Assembly (NCBI RefSeq): GCF_018350175.1
Contig: NC_058368.1
Location: forward strand, 212,166,001-212,230,000
Source of the DNA: Felis catus
Lineage: Eukaryota
DNA length: 64,000 nt
Reading direction: 5' to 3'
The notes below the pieces were generated by a model, which did not search any database, had not been told where the DNA came from, and saw nothing but the letters and a program-made list of their open reading frames with translations. A program made the position numbers and the translations under genes. This document shows positions 26,415 to 39,431 of this stretch, piece after piece (position 1 is the stretch's first letter; every line of letters starts with the position of its first letter).

Positions 26415-26781
26415 TGTCAGAGGGTTTTTAGAGAAAAAGATTGTATTTCCCTTGAGATTAGAGATGTTCCTTTAATATATTTGATGGGGTGTGGTGCAGA
26501 GCCTCCAAAAGCAGACACGCCCTTTCTGTGCCTGACAAAAAGCACACAAACAAATGAACACAACCATCAATTAACCAGCTTACTGAGGATCTGTTAAGTC
26601 AAAGCTGCTCTTGTGGGTGTTGGCGTGTCCGAGTGACCAGGTAGACGAAATGGCGATTTTCACAAACCAGGTCTCCTGGCTCTTGAGACAGAAGACCCTG
26701 CAGCACACACTGGCAAGCAGGTCTCCTGCTGAGCAGGAAGCCAAGAACACTCTTGTGCGAAGACTCACAGAAATGCCCTCA

Positions 26782-27368
26782 GGGGCGCCTGGGTGGCTCA
26801 GTCGGTTAAGCGTCAGACTTCGGCTCAGGTCATGATCTCGCAGTCCATGAGTTCGAGCCTCGCGTCGGGCTCTGTGCTGACAGCGTGGAGCCTGGAGCCT
26901 GCTTCGGATTCTGTGTCTCTTCTCCCTCTGCCCCTCCCCCAACTTGTGCTCTGTTTCTCTCTCAAAAACATTAATTTTTTTTTTTTTAATGAGCAAAAGA
27001 CAGAAACATTTCACTGATGAAGACATACGGATATCAAAAAAGCACATGAAAAGATGTCCAACGTTACCTGTTGGGGAGATGAAACTTAATGAGGTAGCAC
27101 TACAAGGAGATATCACTACATATCTATCAAGAATGCTAAAATTAGGGGCACCTGGGTGGCTCAGTCAGTTAGGCATCCGACTTCGGCTCAGGTCATGATC
27201 TCGCGGTCCATGAGTTCGAGCCCCGCGTTGGGCTCTGTGCTGACAGCTCAGAGCCTGAGCCTGTTTCAGATTCTGTGATTCCCTCTCTCTCTGACCCTTC
27301 TCCATTCATGCTCTGTCTCTCTCTGTCTCAAAAATAAATAAACGTTAAAAAAATTTTTTTTTTAAAAA
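26782..27368 (+). mobile_element. Composite: CanSINE (26782-~26987) + old L1M ORF2 fragment (~26988-27144) + CanSINE (27145-27368)
   Basis: One perfect TSD agaaatgccctca at 26769-26781 and 27369-27381. Middle segment translates to an L1 ORF2-like KHFTDEDIRISKKHMKRC. Confidence 0.88.
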
Positions 27369-27687
27369 AGAAATGCCCTCAGACTGAAGGAAGACGGAAC
27401 AGAGAAGCTAGGAGACACTTCTGAGGCACTTACCTGTGGTAGTCCCCAGTCGGAGTTAAGGTCCAAGGCGCTTCTACGGGGGCTCGACCACCTTCTCTTT
27501 TGGCCCGGGATGTCTGTTCATGCCAACATCTCAGTTCTTCTCAGATGTCAGCGGCCTGTGCTTTGCCAGGTTTCCTGGAGGACACATACAGGAATCCTTG
27601 TTTGACACAACTGCTCACGGAAAACTAGTTCGGGACCATGTTGATTCTCTTCATCACGTCTGATATTTCTTTTCATTGTCTAGGGTA

Positions 27688-28123
27688 CTATATGAGTTTG
27701 CTAGGACTGCCATGACGAAGTAGCATGTTAAACTTGGTTGTTTAACAACATGTATTGTCTCACAGCTCTGGAGGCCAGAAGTCCAAGGTCTTGGCAGTGT
27801 TGGTTCCCTCTAAGGGCTGTGAGGGAGACTCTGTTCCATGCCTTCTAGCTTCTGGTGGCCTCTGGTTTCCTTATAGATGTTAACACCCTGATCTCTGCTT
27901 TCAATGGCGTGGTCCTGATGTATGTGTCTCTACATCAGAATTTCCCTTTTTATAAGGACAGTGGTCATACTGGATTAGGACCCACCTTGTGTCCTCATTT
28001 GTACTTGACTGCCTCTGCAAAGGCCCCACCTCCAAATAAGCTCTCTGAGGTGGAGCGGGAAGGGTTAGGCAGGGGTTAGGACTCCAGTATATCTTTTTGA
28101 GGGGACACAGTTCAACCCATAAC
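27688..28123 (-). mobile_element. MLT1A/B/C-like MaLR solo LTR
   Basis: gtttgctaggactgccatg...tctcacagctctggaggccagaagtccaagg...gggacacagttcaacccataaca. Confidence 0.85.
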
Positions 28124-29022
28124 AGCTACCTAAGTGTTTCACCTTACTTTCAAAGCTGGTTTTAGCATGAGATCCAACCATTCATTTATAAATTCCCGAG
28201 ACTATACAATTAATGTTTTTATGGCAAAGCATTAGCTGTTTCTCTACTCAGCCCTTTAGCCCTAACTCTGTGATAAGCCCCAACTGTGTTTTTGAATAAA
28301 CTCTCAGCACTATAGTTCTGAGCCATTTGTGAGCTCCCCTCCTCCACAGTGCCGCTCAGGTGGGTGGCTTGACTCATTTAGCAGCAGACCTTGTTCTCAG
28401 TGGGCTCCCCAGAGGCCTTAATCTTGAAGTAATGGCAAGTAAGAGCAAGATTGACACCCAGGGAGGACATTAACAGATTGACAAGCTGCTTGCCCGGTAC
28501 GGAGTTCAAAATTGCAAGGTAAGGGCATAAAATAACCATAGCAGATACTGGTTTTGAGAGTTCCCAAACTACCGGTGGAGATGAGCTCTGAGTGTGGCAT
28601 TGTGTCCTGTATTTATCTCATCCGAAGGGCTTGACAGCTCCTAAGGAGAGAAACACAGTTACAAGATGTAGGGGAAGAAGCATGGGGCTGAACACAAAAC
28701 AGTGCTGCTTGTTCTGGTCTGAGGAGGAGAAAAAGGCAACTTTGTTTTTAGCCCCAATATACTTGGCAGAGAGTTAACACTGTCCTGCTGGGCACAATAC
28801 GCCCCAGGGCTAAAGAGTGGCATCCATCCGTTACTTGGAAGCTTCCGTGTCTACTGGGTAAGGAAAGCAGATGGGGAGGAAAGGGTAGGTGTGCTGGAAA
28901 ACATATAAACTCCTCCCAGACCCAGGTCTCCATTCATGAAGTTTTGAGTTGCCATTTGGGAATGAGGCCAATAGTTGCAGATCATCCGCTTTTTTCAGAG
29001 AAGCTAAAAATCTGTAGTTTTA

Positions 29023-29248
29023 TTTTTTTTTATTTATTTTTTTCAACGTTTTTATTTATTTTTGGGACAGTGAGAGACAGAGCATGAACGGGGAAGGGGC
29101 AGAGAGAGAGGGAGACACAGAATCGGAAACAGGCTCCAGGCTCCGAGCCATCAGCCCAGAGCCCGACACGGGGCTCGAACTCACGGACCGCGAGATCGTG
29201 ACCTGGCTGAAGTCGGACGCTTAACCGACTGCGCCACCCAGGCGCCCC
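29023..29248 (-). mobile_element. Young SINEC_Fc-type CanSINE
   Basis: Perfect 18-bp TSD taaaaatctgtagtttta; CpG-rich; near-identical to 54952-55187. Confidence 0.95.
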
Positions 29249-29284
29249 TAAAAATCTGTAGTTTTAATATGAAATCTGCTAATT

Positions 29285-29312
29285 AAAAAATTTTTTTAAT
29301 CCACTTATTTTT

Positions 29313-29361
<49 letters not shown>

Positions 29362-29533
29362 CAGAGCGCTAGTAGGGGAGGGGCAGAGAGAGAAGGAGAC
29401 ACAGAATATGAAGCTGGCTCCAGGCTCTGAGCTGTCAGCATAGAGCCCGACGTGGGACTCGAACCCACACACTGTGAGATCATGACCTGAGCCGAAGTCG
29501 GAGGCTTAACTGACTGAGCCACCCAGGCGCCCC
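29285..29533 (-). mobile_element. CanSINE with long (GA)n
   Basis: TSD atgaaatctgctaatt / atgaaatctactgatt. Confidence 0.92.
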
Positions 29534-29716
29534 ATGAAATCTACTGATTTTTAAATGTTGGCTACTAATTCAGTTTTTGTATTTTGTCTGTTTGCTTGTT
29601 TGTTTTAAGATTGAGGAGGCCAAAGAAATAATGTGTGGGGGCCAAATTTAGTCTTTAGGCTGCCACTTTGGAATTTCTGTTCTAGAATACTCTTCACTTT
29701 TAAAAGCTCAAAATCT

Positions 29717-29900
29717 GAAGTGCCTGGGTGGCTCAGTCGGTTAAGTGTCCAACTTTTGATTTCAGCTCAGGTCGTGATCTCACATTCGCGAGTCTGAGTC
29801 CCACACAGAGCCTGCTTGGGATTCTCTCTCTGGCTCTCCCCTGCACGCATGCTTGCTCTCTCTTTCTCTCTCAAAGTAAATTAATAAATGTTAAAAAAAT
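29717..29900 (+). mobile_element. Older CanSINE with internal deletion
   Basis: tgcctgggtggctcagtcggttaag...cagagcctgcttgggattctc. Confidence 0.85.
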
Positions 29901-30046
29901 GTTTTTTATAATAACAGCTGAAAATCTAATGTATTTTAACTAAACAGCTAGTTAGATAGCTATTATTTAGCCCTGTTTTATTCTTTTAAGTTGAGCAAAT
30001 TTGCTCAGTAAAAAAGGTTGCTTAATACTTGTAATTTGTAATTCTC

Positions 30047-30110
30047 TCTATATGTGTGTATATATGTATATACATATGCATATATTTTATATATACATAT
30101 ATATTATACA
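30047..30110. repeat. (TA)n-rich simple repeat
   Basis: Visible in sequence. Confidence 0.8.
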
Positions 30111-31399
30111 CATCTGTTAGCCCTAGGGGATCTCAGTCTTAAAAAATCCAGCAATAAACCAGTGGGACGTATGGGTATCCACAGTATCTTCTAGGCATGT
30201 GCCTACAACGACTTCACCCAGACAGCTGCTCTCCTCATACTTTCCACAGACAGGTGTGTGTCCCTGTGCTCCAGAAGGATAGTAGAAATCAGAGACCCCC
30301 AAGCCCTTTGCTGTTATCACTATTATTATTTTCAGCATCATTATTATAACAGTGATAATAATAGCTTCCAATTGCCAATTGTCTTCTATATATTGTGCAC
30401 TGTGTTAAGACTGTTGTCTCATGTAATCCTCACAGCCCCCTTGAAAGGTGAGTATTAATTTCTCTCGATTTCCAGAGGAGAAAGCTAAGGTTTAGTTGCT
30501 CTGTCATGTGTGGGGTTAATTAATAATGGCAGATTGGGGAGTTCACATTGCTTCTTACAGGTTTTATAAGCTCTTTTGCTTCATAGGTCAAGTAGGGGTG
30601 GAGGGCACATATCTATATACTTTTGGATTTTTTTTAATGCTTATAAAGTCGTAAAGTCTAACTTCCCTGTGGACATTATAAGCATTTCAAGTCAAAACAA
30701 ACAAAAAATGGAATGAAGAGAAAGAAGAGAAATGTCTACTCTGACATTTCTTGGAAAGAAATACCCAAAGGGAGAGACACCTGCTGCTTGAGGGCAGGTG
30801 GCCTTAGCCAGGGCCCCTTTTGTGACTCAGCTCCCAGAACCTAGCCTGCCTGAGGCAGCCGGTGCACAAATGAGTTCAGACATACATGAAGGGTATTTGA
30901 TTGGACTGATAATTTTTCCAAAGAGGAGATTTGAAAACTCAGGGGGTTCGGATTAGAACGTAATAAGCAGAGAGCAAGTCAGGAGGATGAACTGGACGGA
31001 GCATAAAATATTTTTGCACACGAGAAGGCAGAAACATTACAGCAAACTAGGAAAAGAACTACCTTCAGCCTGCCCTTTGCAGTCTCCAAAGTGATATTAC
31101 CCCCAATCTGCAGTTGAACACACTGTCGGCTGCACTGTCTCCAGTGCTTATAAGTGTCTCCTGCTTTTCAAAGGAGCTGATTTCACAGAACTGTCAGACA
31201 TCAGTGAGTGATTATGCTTGACTGTGACAAAATAATGGGGGAGTTTTATACCTCAACATTATTTTCGTACACAGAAGGAATTGAAAATAGGATTTGAGAA
31301 GGCAAAAAACTTAAGCTAAAAAATGCATAAGCTCACAGAAGAATTTTCCCATTCCTGATTTTTTTCCAGGTAAAATTGTCACTTAATAAGTGTATATTT

Positions 31400-31524
31400 G
31401 GGGCACCTGGGTGGCTTGGTCAATAAAGCATCTGACTCTTGGTTTGGCTCAGGTCATGACCTCATGGTTCATGAGTTGGAGCCCCACATCAGGCTCTGTG
31501 CTGATGGTGTGGAGACTGCTTGGG

Positions 31525-31559
<35 letters not shown>

Positions 31560-31629
31560 GTCTCCCCCCGCCCCAAAAATAAATGAATAAATAAATAAAT
31601 AAATAAACTTTAAAGGAACAAAAAAAAAA
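31400..31629 (+). mobile_element. CanSINE (older subfamily)
   Basis: Head, (CT)n, (TAAA)n tail. Confidence 0.88.
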
Positions 31630-33028
31630 TGTGTATTAAGTGATCACTGTGTCCCATGAACTATCCTGGAGTTGAGTTATGAATAAAAAACTGCCTTTGG
31701 GTAACTTTTCAGAAATCAAGCATCTGTAGTCAGGTCAAGAAGTGAAATCAGTTGATGGCTACCTGTCCAGTGTGTTGCACTAGATTTCCTGGAGGATGCG
31801 AAATAAATCTGATTCTTACTCTGCCACTGACTTGCAGCCTTTCGAGCAGGTCGCTGAGTCTCAGGTTCCTCTCTTGTGGAAGGTGGAATCATAATTCCTG
31901 CCTTGTAAATCTCACAGTGCTGTCACGAGTATCGCACAAGACAATGGCTGTGAACATTTGGAAATCTGCCAGTCATTATGTGAACCCCATCCTCAAAAAA
32001 ACCTGCTTTGAGGTTGGGAATATAAGACAGACAGATGTGAAACAGCCAGTGAATACCCCTGGATGGTTCACATTCAGGGGCCATATATTTGGTAGCTGAC
32101 TTTAAATTAGAAAGAAAAGGCTAAAAATGGAGCTGTCTGGTAAAAGTATAGATTTTTCAAAACATCTAGAAATTTAGTGTTATGTAGCAACTACATGTGG
32201 TTTGCAGCTGCTGGGACTGAGGAAATAAATATTCTTTACCATGAATCCTGAGGAAAGACGACCCTGTTAGGAATCCCCCAAAGGCACTCTGCCTGTGCTT
32301 TGGCATGAGCTACAGAATGTGGGGGGAACATCGGAGAAGGGCACTTGCCATGGTCCCTCACACCAACACCATGCTACAGGACTCACTCTTTGGAAAGGGT
32401 ATCTCTCTCTACCTTTGATTAACTACCCACCTTTAAATTTCAGAATACGTCCTGGATCTGTGTACATGTGTGAGTATGATAGTTGTCTAGCTTTTAATCT
32501 GATTCTACCTGGCATAGGCAAGTGGAAATGGAGCCTGTGGTGCCCGGGTGAGGTAATGTTAGTTATACCTGCCATTTTCTAAACATTAAGGGGAAGGTTC
32601 ATTGTAAGTAACTTAATAGATTCCAGAAAATATGTAAACATTTTACATTAATTTAACAGCACTGCAACACTAGGAAAGATTATATTAGTATCTCTTAAAA
32701 AGAATAGGTGACTTGTATAAATCACTGCACTGTTTGTGAATTCAGTGCCCCATGTTCAAAGCCCCGGGAGACTTCCATTTTACTAGGTCATGGTTTGTAT
32801 TTTCAGTTTGCAAAGGCTAATGATTGGTCCTGAGCCCCATCTGGTCTCCAGGAGATACATATTTCCATGGAAAACTAGAGGAGCACAGAAATCAAATGTA
32901 AAGATAGAAGAAAACAAGTTTAAGCTGCACAGTGCAGTTTCCATTGGGCCCGTTCTCACTTGTTGCAGACCTGAGTATGAGAACCAGTGTGTCTATCCCA
33001 CTAAAGTAACAGCTGTCTCTCTCTCCAG

Positions 33029-34153
33029 TGTTCTGTTTCCTGTGGTGGTGGAGTGCGGATTCGCAGTGTCACGTGCGCCAAGAACCATGATGAACCTTGT
33101 GATGCAACAAGGAAACCCAATAGCCGAGCTCTTTGTGGCCTCCAGCAATGCCCATCTAGCCGAAGAGTTCTGAAGCCCAACAAAGGCACAATTTCCAGTG
33201 GGAGAAAGCCACCAACATCTGGGCAGGACCCCTTAAAGCCCATCCCTCCAACAACGTCCAGTCCCAGAACACTGAGCACACCCACAGTGCCCCAGTCTGT
33301 GAGTACAAGTGCCCTGGCCATCAGCAGCCCTGGTCCTACCCCAGATCCCAAAGAAGGAGACCTGGATGGGAAATGGTGGCAAAACAGTTCAAACCAAACT
33401 GAACTGGGCTCCAATTATGTCACTTCCACTGGAAGTACTTCCCAGCCCATCATCACTTCCTGGCCTTTGAGTGTCCAGCCAAATGAAGAGAATGTTCCCA
33501 ATTCAGACACTGGTCCTACCTCAGAGGGAGACTTTTTAACCACGACAATGAGTGGTTCTGATTTGCCATCTTCCAGCAGCCCTGTGACTTGGCAGGTGAC
33601 TCCATTTTATGATACCTTGACCAAAGAGCCAGAAATGGAGATTCACAGTGGCTCGGGGGAAGACAGTGAACAAGCTAAGGACAAAAATGAAAACAACTCC
33701 ATAACGTGGACCAAAATCAGAGTACCTGGAAATGATGCTTCAGTGGTGCAAAGCACAGAAATGCCCCTTGGACCCCCACCAACACCTTATTTCAGGGGGC
33801 CGTCCATGTGGCCACCCTTCAGCACGGTGATGGAAGGACTGCTACCCAGCCAAAGGCCTGCTACTCTCAAAAATGGTGCACCTGGAGCTGAGGGGATGTT
33901 CACTGAAAAGCCAGCAAACACTCCATTCCCTCTGGGAGGAGACCACCAGCCAGGACCCTCAGAACGTTCCATAAACCATGACCCCCCAGAACTTCCAAGC
34001 AACATGAATCTGACGCAGAGTTCCGGACCAGTCCTGACTGAGGAAGATGCAAAAAGTCTGATAGCTGAGGGGTTTTTGCTAAATGCTTCCAATTACAAGC
34101 AGGTGTCCACGAGCAGCAGCCCTGCATACTGGGTTGTTGGAAACTGGAGTGAG
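33029..34153 (+). CDS. ADAMTS12: ADAMTS12 large coding exon: TSR4 remainder, Ser/Thr/Pro-rich mucin-like (proteoglycan) domain, start of TSR5 (approx. exon 19), phase 0 to 0
   Basis: ctctctccag|TGTTCT ... GAG|gtagga; 1125 bp, 375 codons, open. [24 protein letters not shown]...EIHSGSGED...[17 protein letters not shown]...[10 protein letters not shown] mucin insert between TSRs is characteristic of ADAMTS7/12. Confidence 0.96.
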
Positions 34154-35916
34154 GTAGGAGTTCCATTTCTTACCCCATGCCTGTGTCTCCATGGAAGTAG
34201 TAGGGGTGTTGCGTTCTTGTGTAGATTTCAAATGGACTTGTGTAAAATATAGCCCGATGTGGAAGAAACGTGAAACAGGTCCAGGTGCTCACCTCCCTCC
34301 TGTCCTCCCTACCTCCTAAATTGAGGGGAAGAAAATCTCCAGGGAGGGAGGACAAATGTAGTGAGATAAAGCGTATAGTCAGGAGGGCTGGGCGATTCAG
34401 CTGTGTGATGGTGGAGAACTCAGTCCATGTTTTGGACTCCGCTCTTTGTCTACAAACAGTAGACACCTTTGTCTGCAGGTGGAGATCACCTGTAACACGC
34501 CCTCTAGCTACAAACCTCAGCAGCTGGTGCCCAGGGGCGGCTCAAGAGGCCAGAGTTTGCATTTCGTTAGAGACCACTGATCTTGGGATTCTAGTTAAAA
34601 TCGGTCAGGTAATCCTAATTGGAGTGGAAATTGAAGATAAAATTCCTTAAAAGCATTCTCTAGTTCAGTGTTATCGATGATTTTCTTTTCTTCTTGTTCT
34701 GTTTGCATGCTTGCATGAAAAAATCGTTTTGACTCATTAAAAGAATTAGAAAGTGGAGCAAGAAGAAAATAAACACGACGACAGAACGTTGGCCTCTGTT
34801 TTCAAGCTTCAGAAATTTGGCTAGATATTTGTTTTTCCATTTCTAGAACTAATTAATATCCTTTGAAACATCAAAATCATTTTCACCCATTTGAATTTTG
34901 AATGCACAGTATATGAACTTGTTAAAATAATTTGACAACTCAAAAGAGAACTTTGTGGCAAAATGGTCACATGCTTACATCAGTCAGCATTTTTATGACA
35001 ATTCATGACTCCTCTCCTAGCTAAAGAGAAATGAAGTATTTGTAGCTAATAAAACAACAGTGCATATAATTTATGAAGCATGTTGGTTTCCAAACCACTT
35101 TCACATGTAGCCTCTTATTTTCTCCTTTTGACAGTCCCGAGGAGTAGGTGAGGTCTCATTATGCCAGTTTGCAAATAGAGAAATAAAATTTGTAGCAGTC
35201 ATGTGACTTGTCGAGGGACACAACTGTCAGCTGGATGATGCACCTTCTAACTCCACTCTATCCAGTTTGTAAAATGGGCATTAACTGTGAATTACCTGTA
35301 AACTAAATCAACATAAAAGTACATACTGGCTCTGGTGACTGTGGAGGCCAGAAGTCAATTGGTATATTTTGATTATAGTAAATCAAGACACACTTGATTT
35401 ATCTCAAATGTCGTCAGTTGACTTTGACAGAAATAAACTGCCTTATTGAATACATCATAGATTGCCAAGAATTGGCAACCATGGTGAAGCTATTGAGAGC
35501 TATTAATTCTAGGCGATTTGACTGGAGAAAAGGAATTGGTCCAGATGGCAGTTTGTCAGGGCTGCAAAGGATATTAGGAGAACAGAGTTCAACATTTGGC
35601 AGAAATTCCCTTTGTGATAGGGTTTGGCGCCTGCTCTCTTCACACATCTTTTGAGACAAAATGTTTAATACAGAGAATTGTCAGAGAGGATCAGGAGTCA
35701 CAATGAAAACTTTGGTTTTCCCACTATCCTCTGATTTTTTTTTTTATTCTGTCCATTTCTGAAGCTTCTTTAGGACAGCCTCTCAATGACTGCAGCTTAG
35801 AAACCCCATTGATACCAATCTTCCCCAAGCCCCCTATAAAAACCTTAACGGTTTTACAAGTCAGTGCCACCTTATCATTTCTATCATCTCCTGTTTATTT
35901 CCTGTTAGTTTAGGGC

Positions 35917-36116
35917 CAGTGGTTTCCAATCTAATGGTGGGAAGCACTGGGAAAAGATGGGGATGCTTGTGTTTGCTACAGTGATGGGGGAGGGGCTACT
36001 ACCAGCATTCAACATTGAGAGCCAAAGATGATAAAAGCCCTGCGACATTCAGGGAAGTCTCTTATAAAGAAGAAATGTCCACTGCAAAATGCCAGTTAGT
36101 GCCCCAACAGTGAAAA
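35917..36116 (+). mobile_element. Diverged MER20-family MITE
   Basis: cagtggtttccaa...gctactaccagcatt...aaagaagaaatgtccactgcaaaatgccagttagtgcccc. Confidence 0.55.
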
Positions 36117-36769
36117 GAGGAGGACCCTCAGTTACTGTTCTTGCCTCCTATATGGTCTGTGTGCCTCCAGCAACCCGCCCCCCCCCCGCCACTGTAACGC
36201 ATTCCACGAATCACAAGAGACATTAAGACTGCCAACTTAGTCTTCTGAAGGAATTTACTAATCATTCCAAACTCCTGCTCACAAATCTTTAATGTCTCTT
36301 CATTACATATCAGATCAGATAAATCCACTCAGACTTCCAACAGCCTTTACAACATTACATAACCAAGCTTTCAAACCACACTGGCTTCACTCTGTTTCAT
36401 CACCTTAAGCTTCAGCAGATCTAAACTGCTCAGTTTTCCCTAAGCCTCCTGCTCCTCTCAGTCTAATGCCTTTTTTTTACACTGTTCCCTCTGCCTGGAA
36501 TTTCCTTCCCCTCCTCATTTTCCTTTTAGAATCTCCCCTGTTCTTCAGGACCAAGCTATGAGCTGCCATAAAGTCTTTCCTGATCATTAAGATTGGAAGT
36601 AATTTCTAAAGTTCCTTATTGTTTGACTGAAAATTGTTCTCACCGTTTCCTCCCACTTTTCTGTCCTGTGTGGAAGGGCTCTTCACACTTCCCGTTGTAT
36701 ACAACGTGTTCCTCTAATTGTGATTTCAAAAATTAAGGAATTGATATAAAAATGGGTTTAACACTATAT

Positions 36770-36978
36770 ATGCACATAAAACTTGAAACCAGACTTTCTG
36801 GGTTGGAATCTTAGCTCAGCCACTAACTATATATGTCCTCACTCTGCATCAGTTTCTTCATGTGTGATCAGGACAGTGTCAATGTCTGAATCAGAGATTG
36901 TGAGGGGATGAAAGGACTAACAATGTGTAAGGTACTCAGAAGAGTATGGGGCACATAGGAAGCACCCAGTAAGTGTTT
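36770..36978 (+). mobile_element. MIR relic
   Basis: ccagactttctgggttggaatcttagctcagccactaact...tcagtttcttcatgtg...gtaaggtactcagaa...gcacataggaagcacccagtaagtgtt. Confidence 0.7.
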
Positions 36979-37504
36979 GCTCTGATATCTGTTTGCAAAA
37001 CAGAAAACCTAGGTGCTATGCAGTGTACGAGGGTATGGCTCCTATTTCGTCAGAAAATCACCTCTCATTGAATTGCCCCATCATCCAGTCAGATCCCCTG
37101 GGTCACTCAGCTAAGTGTAAGCTGTGCAGTTGTGTAAATGGAAGCGACAGTCTGATTTTCCACAGCCATTCACAGCAGTTGTCACGTGATGCTGATCCAG
37201 CCCTCCTGGTTCGTTCCAGTTCTGAGCATCCGGAAACCTCCTCCTTGACTTGGTACCTCGGTTGCCACAGGGTCACTAACTGTAATGAGGATGAAGGTTT
37301 CCAGGACAAAGTGAAGTTGTCCTTCAACCTCCCCAGGGTTTTTTCTTGTCTCATCGCCCACTCCAAGTTTGGAACTCGTACTAATGACAACTGGTGGCAT
37401 TCCATGTCTCTTGTACTGTGTCCCATGCATTTGCCCCTGTCAGCATTACCTTTGCACTGTTGTCTGCTGCCTCAATAGAAACTGTCAAAACAAGAAAAAA
37501 AATT

Positions 37505-37682
37505 GGGATGCCTGGGTGACTCAGTCAGTTAAGCATTTAACTCTTGATTTTGACTCAGGTCATGACCTCACAGTTAATGAGATCGAACCCCACATGGGGT
37601 TCTGCACAGATAGTGCAGATCCTGCTTGGGATTCTCTCTCTTTCTCTCTCCCTCTCTTCCCTCTCCCTCTGCCCCTTCTATG

Positions 37683-37726
<44 letters not shown>

Positions 37727-37756
37727 ATAAATAAACTTTTTAAAAAAAGAATAAAA
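37505..37756 (+). mobile_element. CanSINE (older subfamily)
   Basis: Flanked by aagaaaaaa(aa)ttg on both sides. Confidence 0.88.
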
Positions 37757-38271
37757 AGAAAAAATTGTTCAAAAAGAATTAAATGTCTGCTCATGGGATC
37801 TGAATCTATTAGGACTAAATTCAGAGCCCCAGAGACAACATGAATTTAGTTGCCACATAAATACAGTACAAAGAATCATAGACATCATTTGAGATTTACC
37901 GGGTTATCATTAGCCTGGGAATTTAGTTGACTAGGTCCTTTCCTGGATTGGGGTGAATATATTTTCTCTACGTCATGATATAAAATTAACAACACACTAT
38001 GTGGCCTTGAATGTTGCTTCTATCTCTGGGCCCCAGATATCTGGAAAGTGAGACTCATATGCTTACCTTGCAGCTGTGTTGTATTCAATAGGTAACATTT
38101 GTAGAGTCCTGACCATGTGCACAAATCTCTGTGGTCCTAATGGTATCACCAGTTTTACAGTCTAGGGAGTTAGGAAGTTGCAAAAGACCACACAATTAGC
38201 CAGTTGCAGAACTATAATTGTACCCTAAATCTCAGAAGGTTAAAGAAAATGTAGTAAAGATACCTGTTATG

Positions 38272-38757
38272 TAGTTGTAGCAATTGCCTATTGCTATAAT
38301 AATGCTATATGACAAACCACCACAAAACTCAGGGTTTCGTCGAGTCTGTGGGTCAGCTGAGAGATTCTGTTGATTGGGGCTGAGCTTAGAGCGGACCTCA
38401 GCTTGCTTGGCTTGCCGTGCATAGGCTGTGGGGGCAGCTACAGGCCGGCTGGTCGGGGGTAGCCTCAGCTGGGTGACCCCATTCTATTTCACATGATCTC
38501 TCATCCTCTGGCATCTGGCCCCGTTTTATTCTCATGGCAGAGAGAGGGGGTCAAGAAAGAGAATTGAAACTAGCGAGTCCTCTTGAGAAGTGGCACATCA
38601 TCCACTGCATTTTATTGGCCACAGAAACTCACAAGAACAGTCTTGATTCAAGAGCTGGGCAAGTATATCCCACCGCTTGACAAAAGATCTGCAAATTCCC
38701 ATTGCAGAGAGCATGGTGTGTCCAATGTGGGCCACTAGTGCAATCAGCCTATGACAG
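38272..38757 (-). mobile_element. MLT1G/H-like MaLR solo LTR
   Basis: ctattgctataataatgct...acaaaccaccacaaaactcag...cacatgatctctcatcctc...gcattttattggccacag. Confidence 0.7.
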
Positions 38758-39431
38758 TGGTCAGTGCACTTCGGCTGTTATTACCTCTATTACGCATATA
38801 CATAATGTAGTACAGAGGAGAAAGGGCTAGGAACTTAGGTACGAACCACATCCTAAAGAACTTTAAGCAGGAGGAGAGATTACCTCCATAAATGGGCCAG
38901 CTGGAAAAATGATGACCTAGGCTAATTTCTACTCTTCCTTTCTATGATGCTATAGTAAAGTTATCCATCTAGAATCTCTGTTGTTATATATGTGTATAAC
39001 ACAAGAACTTGCAAAAAGTGACGCACGAAATTGTGTGGAAGATGAAATTGCAGCGAGAGAAAAATGTAAGGCTGGTTTTTATTTGTAACTCATCAAAAGA
39101 AGCCTTCAAAAATGTCATAGATGGAACCTCCATCCTTTGTTTTTTGTTTTTTTTTTAATTAGCCCAGAGCTGTGTTTTACATGTGTCTGGAGAGCTCCTC
39201 CTTCTGAAGGTGGGTAGGGGAGAAGGGATGCAAGAAAAATCAACTGTATGAAAGAATTAATAAGCACATGGAATAAAAGAACTTATGGAGAAGAAAGCTT
39301 CTGTAGTTTTCAAGGCGATCCCTTGCTATACCTGAGGTATTTAAGAATTATGAATAAATTAAAACATCACGTGAGGAATGGGCTGTATGTACCCGTTTAG
39401 GGCAAGTGGTGAAAAGCACTAAGTTGTAACA

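Larger units (their letters stand above)
28850..29680 (-). mobile_element. MER102-like hAT MITE, split by two SINEs
   Basis: ttcagagaagctaaaaatct...atgaaatct...gatttttaaatgttggctactaattc...ggccaaa...ggctgccactttggaatttctg. Confidence 0.6.

Noticed and set aside
33029..34153. Alternative identification as ADAMTS7
   Set aside because: ADAMTS7 shares the architecture, but the spacer, TSR and mucin residues match ADAMTS12 as I recall it, and the long introns fit ADAMTS12. BLASTP would confirm.
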